Source of the DNA: Schizosaccharomyces osmophilus
Lineage: Eukaryota
Direction: 5' to 3'
Assembly (NCBI RefSeq): GCF_027921745.1
Contig: NC_079238.1
Coordinates: 186,001-250,000 of the forward strand
DNA: 64,000 nucleotides
Positions 35,445-48,071 of this stretch are shown one piece after another (within the stretch, counting starts at the first letter, position 1; every line of letters starts with the position of its first letter). A program made the translations under genes and the position numbers. The notes beneath the pieces were generated by a model. That model saw only the letters and a program-made list of their open reading frames with translations. It was not told the DNA's origin and made no database searches.

Positions 35445-35991
35445 CTATATTTTGCCTCGCATATCTTTGGCAAGTTCGATGAGTTGTAGAATGCGTTCAA
35501 TACGTTGGAAAGCGACCTCTCGAGACTCATTGTGAGGAATCGGGATAAAATCTTCCAGTTGGGCTTCCAGCTCATCAATAAGTTTCACATAAACTGAAGC
35601 CTTATTGGGCTGAGAAGATTCGTTCTTTTGAAGTTGGTTTGGTTCAGACTTTGTTGTCTGAGGAGAAGACGTAGAAGAGACATGTTGTTGTACAACGTCG
35701 CGTCCATGAGGAGTGTTTTCTAATAAAGAAGATGATTGTGATGATTGTAATGCTGGAGCTTCAGCTTTTGGTTTGTCAACGCATGCAACGCAAAACATGG
35801 GTTGGTCTCGCAACCTCATCATGGGAACCTGTAGCTGTTAGTAAAGAGTCAATCACAAGAAGAAAAGAAATCCTTGTTCTTAAAGCTTGACGAACCTTTT
35901 GACATTCAGGACAAACAGTGTCGAGAAGCGTATATCCTCGTAGCATATAATTTCCTAATTTTTTCGAAACATCATCGTTCACCAATGTCAT
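35445..35991 (-). CDS. SSSCA1/ZNRD2 (Sjogren syndrome/scleroderma autoantigen p27) zinc-ribbon protein; 2 exons (35896-35991, 35445-35828)
   Basis: Spliced SKKLGNYMLRGYTLLDTVCPECQK|VPMMRLRDQPMFCVAC (CxxC...CxxC); intron 35829-35895 with GTTCGT donor and CTAAC branch. Confidence 0.88.
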
Positions 35992-36858
35992 TTTATAATT
36001 CTCCAAATAAATTTAATTTAATATTCAAAATTATGTGCAAAATGTACGGAAAACCTGGAACTTTAGCCAAAGTGAAAGAGTTTGCTTTTTCTTTACAATG
36101 CTTTCTCAAGGCAAGACAAAAGAATAGAAACCAAGAGTAAGGCTACCAAATACTTTAGAAAATGAATAAAAACAGGCTTCTTTTTAAGAAATAAGAAATA
36201 AATTTCAGAAAAGGGGTATATCAGGTCGATTGTAGAAACAGCGTGTGATGAACTGAAAGAAGCGAAACACAATATTTCACCTTTCTATCCAAATCTTGCC
36301 ATAAAAAAAAAGGAGACAAATTCCCATCTCTTTCTCCCAAGTGCAACAGTTTCTACTCGATTCTTAAAACGCCGATTAGACCCTTTTCGAGCATTCATCC
36401 AACTGAATTCGCTAGACACAGATTCGCAGTAAAATAAGGCCGTTTCGGAAAGACTTTAATAATTGTTTTCTACTTATTTCCTTAATCTTTATCTTGAAAG
36501 ATTCAGAACAAACACTTTCGTAGCTACCGATGATTTCATCTGGTCCATTTTCCAGACTACGGAACTGTTCCATGTCTTTACGGCATAACTGTTTATTTAT
36601 TAAACTATCCATAGAATCAAATTAACAGTTTACCTATCGTTTCTTTTCCAGCTTCAGCTTTCATCATGCTAGCACTTCCTGTATATAGGCCACCTATGCT
36701 CGGAATCATTTCGTGACCTTAACCATTTCCACTAAGAAAAGTCATTCTATGGAAAAAGACTGAAGTTGCTTTGATTTTTTACATTAATTTATATAAACCT
36801 TTATAGTTTATATTAAATTTGTTCATCTTTTGTTCTGTCTGGCTTGCAATACAGAAGA

Positions 36859-38060
36859 ATGACCCAGAAATGCACAAACGTGACCAATGACTCGGTCCCT
36901 TCAAATAAGCCTAATGAAGAAGCTGTAATTGATCATGTTTCCAAAGCTCATGACTTCTACTGGACCTATACGGAAGAACCTCACAAAAGCCGACGAGCTG
37001 CCATTCTCAAGGCTCATCCAGAGGTAAGAAATGAAATGAATAGCATTCGTTGAGCTAGCAAGGGAAAAAAGAACGAAATAGATATTGTTTTATTCTGCTT
37101 CTTTGTTCTTGTCAATGCTTTGTTCATAGAATTGTTACTGACCCATTTTAGGTTGCTTCTTTAAATGGATATGAACCAAAAACGAAATGGGTGGTTCTCT
37201 TCGTCGTTTTTCTTCAATTGACTTGTGCAATTTTATTGTCTAATACAAATCCTTGGAATTGGAAGTTTCTACTCACTGGCTACTTCATTGGTGCATTCTG
37301 TAACCAAAATATCTTTTTAGCCATCCATGAACTCTCCCACAATTTGGGATTTAAGCGCGCTGTTCATAATCGCCTTTTTTCTTTTATTGCAAATCTTCCT
37401 GTTGGTGCTCCATACTCCGCCAGTTTTCGCCCTTACCACATGGAGCATCATAGGTATCAAGGCGTCGATGGTTTTGACACAGATTTGCCAACTTCCTTGG
37501 AGCTCATCCTTTTCGATAATGTTCTCGGAAAGGCTTTTTTCTGTACTTTCCAACTTTTTTTTTATGCATTCCGTCCAATGTTTGTTCGTCAACTCCCTTT
37601 GACGAGCTTGCATTTTTGGAATGTAGTCGTCCAATTCGTTTTTGATTTCTTGGTCTTCAAATATTTAGGATGGAGATCTATGGCCTACTTTTTCTTAAGC
37701 TCCTTCATGGCTGGCAGCTTGCATCCCACTGCGGGCCATTTTCTTAGTGAACATTACAACGTAGCTCGCACTCGTTTAATTCAGGAAGGACCGGGTAAGG
37801 ACGCTCCTCTGGAAACGTTTAGCTACTATGGCCCGCTTAATATTTTAGTTTATAACGCTGGTTATCACATCGAACATCATGACTTTCCTTATGTTGCTTG
37901 GACCCGTATCGCCAAAGTACGTGAATTGGCTCCTGAGTTTTACAGCAATATTCCTGAGTGTAAAAGTTGGAGCGGTATCATTTACCAGTTTATCACCGAT
38001 TCAAACGTTGGTATGTGGTGTAGAGTGAAGCGTAAGCAAAAAACCGATTTATCTAATTAA
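36859..38060 (+). CDS. dsd1: Dihydroceramide delta-4 desaturase; 2 exons (36859-37023, 37152-38060)
   Basis: DFYWTYTEEPHKSRRAAILKAHPE N-terminal motif; His boxes HELSH, HMEHH, HIEHH. Confidence 0.93.
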
Positions 38061-38384
38061 TTTTTGACGTTTTTTGGTCCGGGTATCTATTTTTCTGATT
38101 TCTGCTTTTGTTCTTTTGTTGTTTGTTTTGTTTAAGGAAATAAAAAGGGGAGATTCAAACTATCGGCTTTTATGTTGGATATTCTCCAATAAATAAATGT
38201 TAAAAACAGATAATTGAATAGTTGGTCTCTTTGTTTGATTTTCTAGATAATATATTATTTGAATAGTCTTTTTGTTTTTGTTAACGTCTTTGTGCTGCAA
38301 AATATGTTTCAGCATATGAATACAGTCTATAAAGGACAACAAAGGGGCGGCGATATTATGCCCTTTAATCATTATGTGTATCAA

Positions 38385-39920
38385 TTAATTATGTTTTGCA
38401 TGTGCATATCCTTTTAATCCTAAGAAGAATAGTTCAAGACACATAATTATACAAGTTAAAGCAACGCATACATTCATGAGTAGCATAGCAGATAACCCGT
38501 TGACGCGAATTTTATTTACAACATCATAAGAAGATGCCATAAACATAATTCCTCCGCAGATCAAACAAAAACTTGTAATGATTTCTGTTGGAGGACGAGT
38601 TGGCCATGGTGAACTAGGTCGTTTTATATAAAGCAAAACGTAAGTACACGCACGAGAAACGGCTGCTGCAGAAAGCAATCGACCCCAAATGACATGGATA
38701 ACGGTGGAGATTTGGCTTTTTTGTTCATGAGACGACATCATGATGCCAGTAAAGAACACTGTTATCGCAGGAAAGAGATTTAACGAAGCAGAGGGGCTCT
38801 CATCAGTAGTAGAATTTCCTTCTTCATGAGGAGACTGATGTAAGGCGTAGGACAAGCCAGTGTTCAAAAATCTGCGAACCATTTTTGATTCAACAAAGAT
38901 ACCACATAAGCCAGCCCACCAGAGCATAAAAGCAATCGACACATGTTGCATATCGTGATGATTCCATACTCCATCTGTATTACCAAGACGCTCTAGCCAT
39001 ACGTTGGTAATGCCATAAGTGAAAAGAACGGAAGACTCAACCATTTCCTTACTTGGTACGAACCTTCTAAGCCCACTTTGGCTTAATTTGGGACGAAGAT
39101 TCCATGCCCAGCCGTATTCAGCAAAAGCGCCAAGATATTCTCCAAAGGATAGAATTCCGTACCATAGGAAGAGGGCTCCCTTAATCCAATGGGCAAGACC
39201 GTTGAAAATATGACTTCCTCTGAAAATTCCGGCAAGTAAAACAAGTCCAGTACAAACTTCAAAAAAACCCATGTACAACCATAAATGTCCTAAAATCCTG
39301 TGTGTATAGCGCAACACCGATAACAAAATAAGTTTTCCTTTTGGAAGAGAAACTTTCTTTAAATTATTAAAAGCAAAGGTCGACTGATTATCTCTAGGAC
39401 TGGCACCTTCATCAAATGACTCCAAATCTTCCTGAGTGTCTTCATTTTCTAAAAGAGGTGCATCATAGCTCAGACAGTTCTTCATTGATTGCTCGGTTCT
39501 TTTCCCATCAACTGGCGATGAACCAAGGGATTGGCTGGAAGGATAAGCCTTCAAAATCGTTCGTTTTATGAATGTGGTAACAATTCCAAAGACTACAATC
39601 ACAAATGACATCCACATGAAGACTCTTCCCACCGGACGATGAATGTTTCCCTTGTAGTAATCATTGTGAGAAGCATGATGATGAGAAAGATGAGCAAAAA
39701 TGTACCCAACGAAGGTTAATAACACATAGGTCACTTGAACAGGAATATGAGCCTTGCTTTTCGCCATAGCCAAAACGATACCGGTTGGCAGAATAAGGAC
39801 GTAGGCAATCATCATACAAATAATGTGTGCCCATAAATATTTGTTCATGTTATTAGCATAGTTTTCAAAGTCATATTCGATAGGAACGTCCCCGGTGGAA
39901 TTCATTTGCATTCCATCCAT
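38385..39920 (-). CDS. Ytp1-like multi-pass membrane protein
   Basis: Many TM segments; FNGLAHWIKG, HHDMQHVSI, MMSSHEQ and RPPTE motifs. Confidence 0.8.
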   Translation of the reverse strand: MDGMQMNSTGDVPIEYDFENYANNMNKYLWAHIICMMIAYVLILPTGIVLAMAKSKAHIPVQVTYVLLTFVGYIFAHLSHHHASHNDYYKGNIHRPVGRVFMWMSFVIVVFGIVTTFIKRTILKAYPSSQSLGSSPVDGKRTEQSMKNCLSYDAPLLENEDTQEDLESFDEGASPRDNQSTFAFNNLKKVSLPKGKLILLSVLRYTHRILGHLWLYMGFFEVCTGLVLLAGIFRGSHIFNGLAHWIKGALFLWYGILSFGEYLGAFAEYGWAWNLRPKLSQSGLRRFVPSKEMVESSVLFTYGITNVWLERLGNTDGVWNHHDMQHVSIAFMLWWAGLCGIFVESKMVRRFLNTGLSYALHQSPHEEGNSTTDESPSASLNLFPAITVFFTGIMMSSHEQKSQISTVIHVIWGRLLSAAAVSRACTYVLLYIKRPSSPWPTRPPTEIITSFCLICGGIMFMASSYDVVNKIRVNGLSAMLLMNVCVALTCIIMCLELFFLGLKGYAHAKHN

Positions 39921-40698
39921 GATGGTTCAATTGTTTCGAAGTAAGAAGAGCACCTGAAATACAATTCTAATAAAAATGAACGTCGTTTGTAATTATTTTT
40001 TTGGGATGGCCGTTTATGCCGATGAAACGAATGTAAACAATAAATAACTAAGAAACAGAAGCCTGCAGCAAAAGACCGTTTCCCTCCCTCTACATATAAT
40101 GTTAATAAACCGTTTCTGCAATTTTAATTTAACCAACTGCAGGTCATAAATTTTTCAATTCCGTTGGCCATTATTGGAAGTTCAAAACATTGTGAATAAA
40201 CAATGCCAGAAGCAATTTAATCCTCAATTTTCTTCAAAAAATACCTACTTTATGAAATAATAAAACAATAAAAGTAAGAAGCCTAACAAATTTGGAATTG
40301 TTGCGGCTATGTAAATGAAGGAAGTGATTCGGTGAAAAATCATGCTACCCTGTACACGATCGATACTAGGAGAATCTGTAGTTCAGTATTGAAGATAATA
40401 GCTCAATATTTTGACAATTTAGAAAAATATTTATTTATTAGATGAGACTCTCCATTCAGCCATTCAAAGAGCTTCAACCATCTAATATCAAGCAAGTCTT
40501 TTATTCAATAGCCGACAGTCCTTATTGTGTAAACAACATTCCAAAAATTTATTAATAATTAACCATAACCCTCTATGACCTATCTTCATTTATCGAAACA
40601 GTAAGTTCGTTTTGGTTGAGCGTAATTTGCATTATATTTTGCAGACCTGATTTCATCCATGTCGATCCTATGTTCCTTATATCTAAAGTAGTACTTTT

Positions 40699-42112
40699 CT
40701 AAGCAGCAGCAGCACGCTCAGCTTTTCTTCTGGGCGGCAACGGCCGGTTTTCAGGGTTGTTGGGGGTCCAATTGCCTAGTGAATTCGTTGCATAAAAGTC
40801 CATGGGATAGACTTCACGCCACGGTGCAGCTTGAAAAGCGACAGAAGCTTCGTATGGAGTCAAAAGTGGTGCTGGAAAAGCATAACCCCAATCAATGGAC
40901 AATCGCGGGCAAGCGACTTGAACCCAAGCATCCACATCTGTAAACTGGGCTAGACGATCTGGAAAAATTTCAGACATTAATACAGTTACGAATTCCTTAT
41001 TGCTCTTTTTCAAAGTTTCTTTCAAATTATCCAAAACTTTCGGCGATCCTTGTCTACCAAGGGTGCCCTGAATTAAACCAAACTTCTTTGCACTTCTGGC
41101 TTTCTCAATCGCGGAGTGCCGGATTTCTTTCATTTCTTCATGAGCATACGACTCTATTGTTAAAACATGTGAATAGGGGTCGTAACGATACGCAGGCAGT
41201 CCAGGGTTTGCAATCATGACAGATTCCAAATGGAATCGACCATCACCGATGTAAACGACAGCATCCACCAAATTTCTGTCAATATATGGAGAAGTACATC
41301 CGAGAGCTTCACCGGGGGACAAAGGCTTGGCTTGGGGAATAACTGAATGGAATCCACCCTTACCATCTTCCTCTACTTTCTCCAGCTCTTCTTTAATTGT
41401 ATTTAAAGAACCAACGAATTGAATTGTACCCACCAGAGCCAATCTGGACTTTGAAGAAAGATTCTGTTTTAAAGATGCGATAATGTGGCCTAAATCAACT
41501 TTAATGTCAACAAACACATACAATACCTTGATAGGTGTCTGATCTACGGGTACAAGACAAGAGTGACCATAATGAACCAAGAAATCACATCCAAGAGCTC
41601 TAGCTGTAAAATCATCAATACAGCAGGCACCATAAGTGACGTCTCCCATAACTATCGTTTCCACCTGGCAAAACTGTTCGAATATGTCAGACAAGATACA
41701 GCCAAACATCAATAACCCTTCTGGAAGCTGCAAAGCCACGCGCTTTGCTTTTCTCATGCGAATATGCCAAATGGTTTTATGTACTTCAAAGTTATAGTTT
41801 TCAGGAAGCTACATATCTTGTTAGTTTGTGTCAAAACTTTTTTTCTCATATGTCGCTCTTCTATATAATCCAAATTCATCAATGATCATTAATCCATGAA
41901 CATATATACCAACATACCAATTTCACTGCTTCATTTATGCCTTTATCATTCAAAACTTCCTCAGGAATCCGTGTTGCCATTCGTCCTGAACTTTTAACGC
42001 GTGTATTGACCACCTGTGTGTCCTCTACATCCCTCGAGGACCCAGATACATTGTCTTTCTTAGCGTTTTTTCCAACAAACCTCTTTCTTGGGACTTTTTT
42101 CACTTCAGCCAT
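40699..42112 (-). CDS. dph1: Diphthamide biosynthesis protein Dph1; 2 exons (41918-42112, 40699-41808)
   Basis: [52 protein letters not shown]; intron 41809-41917. Confidence 0.94.
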
Positions 42113-42502
42113 CGTGTTTTCTATAAAGTCGGGTTTCAGATTTTCTTACAGCAAAATGAAAAATTCCTTTTCAAACTCAAATCCTTATAGAATAATTGTC
42201 TTTATCCAGATTTTTCAACAGACTTAAATCCAATTCAAGCAAGCAATTGCTTGTATTTGCTAAGTTGGTAAATAAAGGCCACCGTTTCTACTCTTGCGGA
42301 TTTTGTGTATTGCGTATGGGCTCACTATACGAGGATCCTGTCCTACCTGGGACAAAAGTTTGATGCAACAACAGTTCGCATATATAAACGTGTTTAAAAA
42401 AGGTTTTGAATTTCCATTGTAATTGGGATTTTTGTGACAGTTTTACTGAACATCTGAAGTAGCATTCTTTTTTCGTGTTTGGAATGCAAGAACTGTCTTT
42501 CA

Positions 42503-45336
42503 ATGAAGTTTAGTCACAGGTATAGAAGTGAAAAGCGAGAAGTGGTTGACAGTTGCTAATATATGTTGTTTAGTCTTCAATTCAATGCCGTTCCGGAATG
42601 GTCGGAAAGCTATATAGCGTATGTTTGAATACGAAATAAGAGAAGCCGAATTCGCGACAAATTTGCTAATGCAGACTTGAGGAAATAGTTATTCTAATTT
42701 AAAGAAACTGTAAGTAATAAGGAAGAGCTTGAAATTACGGCGCTAGAGCTTGTGTTACAAATTCCAGGTCTCAATTCCATTCTGTGATGTACCTCATGGG
42801 CAAAAGTGAGTATGTATAAGCTAACGTTGTGGAAAGTATCTATGCTCTGGAACATGAGCAAGTGGAGTTTCCGTTAGGAAGGGTGGACGAAGAAACGGGA
42901 CTCTTAAATCATCAAGCACAATCATCGCCGGATGAGCGATTTCGTTCAAGCCTCAACAAAGAGCTTGATGGAATAGTAAATTTTTATGGTCCGAAGGAAC
43001 GAGAAATCGAAGAGACCTTTGAAAAGCTCGGGATTGAGTATGACAATTATGCATTGGAGTATGGCTTTGGAAAGCAAACCAGCAGTGGAGATGGAGTTCG
43101 GAGCGCTATACGGTTCAAAAAGGATACCAAAAATCGTCGAAATCTTCGTGACTCCACCATTAGTCAAGACGTGCCAACATCTACCGCCTCTAATCACCGA
43201 GTGTATATAAACGGTGCTACCGGCAGCGAGGGAAACCTTAGTAATCCGGCAGTATCTCGAGCAGAATCTACAGCCATTTTGAAATCTGAACATTCAGATC
43301 CAACTCTTCACAATGGTATTTCTGTTGGGGCCCCTGAGGACGAAGAGGACGAAGATGATGATGATGAAGAAGAGGAAGAGGAAGAAGAGGAAGATACAGA
43401 CAATCACCACCGTTTGCTGGTTGAACAATATCCCTCTGATATCATGGCATACGAAAACTTTGTGTCTATGAAGCGGAAAATCACTCAGCTGTACATCTCC
43501 ATCCATGATCTCATGTCCTATGTGCAACTCAACTGGACAGGTTTTTCAAAGATTCTTAAAAAGTATGACAAGACCCTTGGGAGTAGTATGCGTGAGCCTT
43601 ATATGCGCTACGTAAACGAAGTGTACCCATTCCGCCCTGAGGTTCGTGATTCATTGACAACGCGTCTAAATAAAGTGACTGAATGGTACGCCAACTTGTG
43701 TTGTCGAGGCTATACATTTGTTGCTATCCGACGCCTCCGGAGCCATCTGCGTGAATACGTTGCTTGGGAACGAAATACCGTTTGGAGAGAAATGATTGCA
43801 ATAGAGCGTAGAACTGAGGCTGCACGCCTCTCCGGTCTTCCGTCAGTAGTTGGAGGGGTCAACGACAAAGACCCTTTTGCTTCCAAATACATAATCTTTC
43901 GCAGTAGATTTGGAGATTTAAAAATTCGAAGGTTCTTTCTGAATTCCACACTCCTCACTATTGCTGTCATATTTTCCTTATTTATTGCTATCTTAATGTA
44001 CCCGATAATTGATAATAAAGAACAAAATAATTGCATGGCACTCCTTGTGCTGGTTTCCCTCCTGTGGGCCACAGAGGCTATTCCTCTATTCGTTACGTCT
44101 TTCCTTGTCCCCTTCCTTACCGCTTTTCTACGAATTTTACGTGCTGAGGATGGTTCACCTTTACCGGGGAAGGAATCAACAAAAGTCATTTTTGCTTCCA
44201 TGTGGAATCCAACAATCGTATTGCTCTTGGGAGGTTTTACGATTGCTGGAGCACTGAGCAAGTACCAGATTGCAAAACGGCTCGCTACTTCTATCCTTGC
44301 CCATGCTGGTCAAAAACCAAGAAATGTATTATTGATGAATATGGTTGTCGCTATGTTTGCTAGCATGTGGATTAGCAATGTTGCAGCTCCTATCCTTTGT
44401 TTCTCCATCATACAACCCCTTCTAAGGAATCTTCCAGCTGATTCTGAATTTGCAAAAACATTACTTATCGGCATTGCCCTTGCATCAAATATTGGAGGTA
44501 TGGCTTCTCCTATTGCCTCTCCTCAAAATATTATTGCGCTGCAAAACATGGATCCTTCACCCGGTTGGGGCGAATGGTTTGCGGTTTCCATACCGGTTTG
44601 TATTGTGTGTGTCTTGGGCGTTTGGCTGTTCTTGTTGTTTCTGTCTTCTTCTTCAGAGCGCGTTGTATTGGCCAAGATTCGTCCAAGCAGAGACAAGTTT
44701 ACCAAAACACAATGGTTCATCTCTTTCGTAACTATTATAACGATTATACTTTGGTGTTTTGAACGACGGTACGATGAGATTTTTGGAGACATGGGCGTAA
44801 TTGCTTTAATACCTATTATTGTTTTTTTTGGTACGGGTCTCCTAACGAAAGAGGATTTTAACAATTTTCTATGGACTGTTATCGTGTTAGCAATGGGAGG
44901 TGTCGCTTTGGGCAAAACTGTGTCATCGTCTGGACTTTTGGAGTTAATAGCTATCAATATCGGAAATGCTGTGTCGTCCTTGGACACATTCAAGGTATTG
45001 TTGGTCTTTTCATTGCTAACATTGGTAGTAGCTACGTTTGTTTCACATATGGTGGCTGCCATGATTGTTTTACCAGTCATTCACGAAGTTGGTAGCCGGT
45101 TAGCTGACCCTCATCCTCGTATTTTTGTGATGGCTTGTGGTTTAATGTGCAGCATTGCAATGGCATTACCGACTAGCGGGTTCCCTAATATGACGGCCAT
45201 TATGATGGAAAATGAAATGGGAAAACGTTATTTAAAGGTTTCTGATTTCCTAAAGGCTGGAATCCCAGCTACTATAATATCATTTATTGCTTTGCTCATA
45301 ATAGGAACTACTATCATGCGGGTATTGGGATTTTAG
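42503..45336 (+). CDS. SPX-domain low-affinity phosphate transporter (Pho87/Pho90/Pho91, SLC13 family); 4 exons (42503-42519, 42574-42618, 42689-42709, 42837-45336)
   Basis: Spliced N-terminus MKFSHSLQFNAVPEWSESYIAYSNLKKLIY (SPX), LNWTGFSKILKKYDK, WERNTVWR, SPIASPQN, SGFPN. Confidence 0.92.
43336..43395 (+). repeat. Low-complexity GAA/GAG/GAT tract encoding a poly-Asp/Glu linker in the SPX domain
   Basis: Encodes EDEEDEDDDDEEEEEEEEED. Confidence 0.7.
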
Positions 45337-45622
45337 ATCAGCCTTATGTTTATTCTAATTAAGTTTTGAATTAGAAATTTATGTAGGTAGCAGATATTGT
45401 GAGGTTAATAGAACTTTTGCATCTTTTGCAACTGCTCAGTCATTGGTAATCGAATAGTTTTTTCAGCGAAGTATACAACATCTATTATTAACATAACATT
45501 GGAATCATGAGAATCTATTAGCTAGTTTGATTCATGTGCTTAAGTGATTATCTCTTTTGGTACCAACGTTCACCAAGCTAACTCACCAGAGAAATCTTCG
45601 ACAAAGCAACCAGTTTACAAGA

Positions 45623-45993
45623 ATGGTATTTTTCAAGGGAGGATATCAAAAACCTCTTCTTATTCAAAGAAGATTATACAGTCAAACTCAACAGCCTTCT
45701 CCACACGTATGTATTTTATGGTTCATATTGTGAAGTCAACTCAGAGGAATTTATATCCGTCGTGTTAGAGCTAAAACTAACAAATATTTAGATCATGTTT
45801 TATAAAAATTATGCACGGCCATTAGGAAAAGTCATGTTGTTTGCCTTGGCTACATATTACGGGCTTGATCTTTTCTGGTGGAAGATGAATTCCAATGAGG
45901 AAGAAGCTGAGAAAAAAGGTATGCACATTCTAATCTATTTATAAATAACCATATGTAGCCGAATTGGAGGCATTGGCAGCCAGTTTGAAATAG
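45623..45993 (+). CDS. ina17: Ina17-like mitochondrial inner-membrane assembly complex subunit (81 aa); 3 exons (45623-45706, 45792-45918, 45959-45993)
   Basis: Spliced product MVFFKGGYQKPLLIQRRLYSQTQQPSPHIMFYKNYARPLGKVMLFALATYYGLDLFWWKMNSNEEEAEKKAELEALAASLK: presequence with RRLY|S, one TM, short coiled coil. Introns GTATGT..CTAAC..TAG and GTATGC..TAG. Not in the ORF track. Confidence 0.8.
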
Positions 45994-46205
45994 TGGCATA
46001 GTCTTTGTATATGTACGAAATAATGAACAACTCCAGTGTATATGCTTTTCGTTACAGCTTCAAGAGTTACAATACATTTCACATTATAGTGATGATGGAC
46101 TATCTGTTCAATCAAACCATACGGCAGATCTATTTAACGAAGTAGTAAAACTATTAAACATAAAAGTAAGAGCGGTGATAGCACATTAATTTAGCCAAAG
46201 ATCAT

Positions 46206-47558
46206 TTATTCTTGATCGATGACTTCCTCGTGAATCACAATGCCTTCCTTGGCAAGTTCATCAATCAAAGGGGTGCAAAGTGACATATCATTAGGAGCCA
46301 AAACACCAGGAGTGTTGATAACACCGTCAAGGATTTGTTGAGAAGCGACACCACATGGAATACCGACAAGTTTAGCCATAGAAGTGTAGCCACCAGGAAC
46401 ACCATAATCAAGAAGGGTGCAAGTACGAGTTTGTGGCTTACCTTCCTTAGTTTCTACCTCAAACTTGTGTTGCAAAATAAGCATATCACGCTCGCCTTCT
46501 TCATATTGCATGAGTTCCTCTAAAGTGGCACACAAAGTGTCCAAAGGATTTCCACGAGGAGTGACAGTCTTTCCGGAAAACATACCGAGCCACTTGAGAC
46601 CATTGATGATACGCTTCTTGTCATCGGAATCCTTGAATTGGTGAGCAGAAGAGATGGCTTTGACCAAATCAGCTTCGGAGGAGGAAGCAGCATTGATAAC
46701 ACGAGCGGTGGCTTCCTTCCAGGGCAAGGCGGTACCGTTGGGGTCTAAGTACTCACGGGCGCTATCATCCAAAAAGCCGAGGTCGACCAAGCAGTGAATG
46801 AATTCAGGGAAGCCTTGGTAACGCAAAGTACCACGAATGATGGTTTCGGCTTCGGGAATTTGGTAGCGCTCCTTGAAAACAGTAGAGTCACGGTTAGGAT
46901 AGCAAACGAAGGCATAACCAGGGTAGATGAAGTAGGGCTTGGCAGTTTCCATCAAGTCCTTACCTTCAATGTTGACAATCTTACCGCCTTCATAGAACTT
47001 AGCAGAATTACGAAGGGCCAACAAGACACCACGGGAAGACCAAGAGAACTTGTAGCCCAAAGGGTTATTAGAGTCTTCAGGGGCAGGAAGACCACCACAG
47101 TAAGACACGAAAGACTTGATCTTGCCGCCCTCATTGTGAACTTCTTCAATGGTCTTGATGGCATATAAATGATCAACACCGGGATCGACACCGATTTCAT
47201 TCATGCAAATAGAGCCAGCCTTCTTAGCTGATTCTTCTAATTCAGCCATGTAGGGATTCACGTAGCTGGTAGTGCAGACGTGTTTGCCATGCTTGATGGC
47301 AGCTTTCATAACAGCAGCATGGTAGGTATAGGGGATCAAACTAATAGTAAGATCGTGTTGAGATACAGCCTTTTCTAAAGCAACCTCGTCACCAACGTCC
47401 AAAGCAATAGCTTTAGAATTGGGAACACCTTTAATCAAGGCTTCAGCCTTAGAAAGGGTTCTGCATGCAACAGTTACAGTATTTTCCTCGCGACGAGCCA
47501 AGTATTCCAATGTTGGCAATGCAACAAAGCCAGAACCAAGAAGTAAAATAGAAGGCAT
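46206..47558 (-). CDS. lys9: Saccharopine dehydrogenase (NADP+, L-glutamate-forming)
   Basis: ILLLGSGFVA, NEIGVDPGVDHLYA, SYCGGLPAPE, YKFSWSSRG, RGTLRY. Confidence 0.96.
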   Translation of the reverse strand: MPSILLLGSGFVALPTLEYLARREENTVTVACRTLSKAEALIKGVPNSKAIALDVGDEVALEKAVSQHDLTISLIPYTYHAAVMKAAIKHGKHVCTTSYVNPYMAELEESAKKAGSICMNEIGVDPGVDHLYAIKTIEEVHNEGGKIKSFVSYCGGLPAPEDSNNPLGYKFSWSSRGVLLALRNSAKFYEGGKIVNIEGKDLMETAKPYFIYPGYAFVCYPNRDSTVFKERYQIPEAETIIRGTLRYQGFPEFIHCLVDLGFLDDSAREYLDPNGTALPWKEATARVINAASSSEADLVKAISSAHQFKDSDDKKRIINGLKWLGMFSGKTVTPRGNPLDTLCATLEELMQYEEGERDMLILQHKFEVETKEGKPQTRTCTLLDYGVPGGYTSMAKLVGIPCGVASQQILDGVINTPGVLAPNDMSLCTPLIDELAKEGIVIHEEVIDQE

Positions 47559-48071
47559 TTTGAAATTCTTTTAGAACTTATTAAGTCGGCAAATGCACGT
47601 TTTGTTTAGTTTGACAAATTGATGAGATTCAAGGAGTTCAATTCTCTATCTATATATAAATACAGACTATGCAAAAGGATCGATATTGGATAGTTAAGAA
47701 TATAGAAATAGGAATTTAGATATCTAGATCCTTCGATAATTCACAAATCGAGATCGTTGCGATTGATTGTATTTGTGAAAAATTCTCAACAAAACAAAAA
47801 CAGTCACGGTTTGTAAACCAACATTTAAATAGCGGTGAAAGTTTCAACGACTTTACATTCCTCAAATTGTCAATTTTGCAGAGGTTGTAAAGTGAACAAT
47901 TTGATGCGAGGACAAGTGTTTTCAAAAGCAACAGTAATGTTGCAGCTTGCGGGTTATTAGACAGAAGTCTTTTTAGTTGAATGATAGTAGAAATCGCTGT
48001 TTATAAATCTTCTAGGTGCAATTTGCTGTTACTTTGAATAACTGAAACAGTTTGCAGATTTCAGCAAAAAT

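Noticed and set aside
36245..36251. GTGATGA C-box-like motif (another near 46089)
   Set aside because: No suitably placed D box with terminal stem and no rRNA-antisense element found.
47801..47808. CAGTCACG Homol D-like motif between lys9 and the candidate ncRNA
   Set aside because: One mismatch and about 240-270 nt from either start, too far for a core promoter element.
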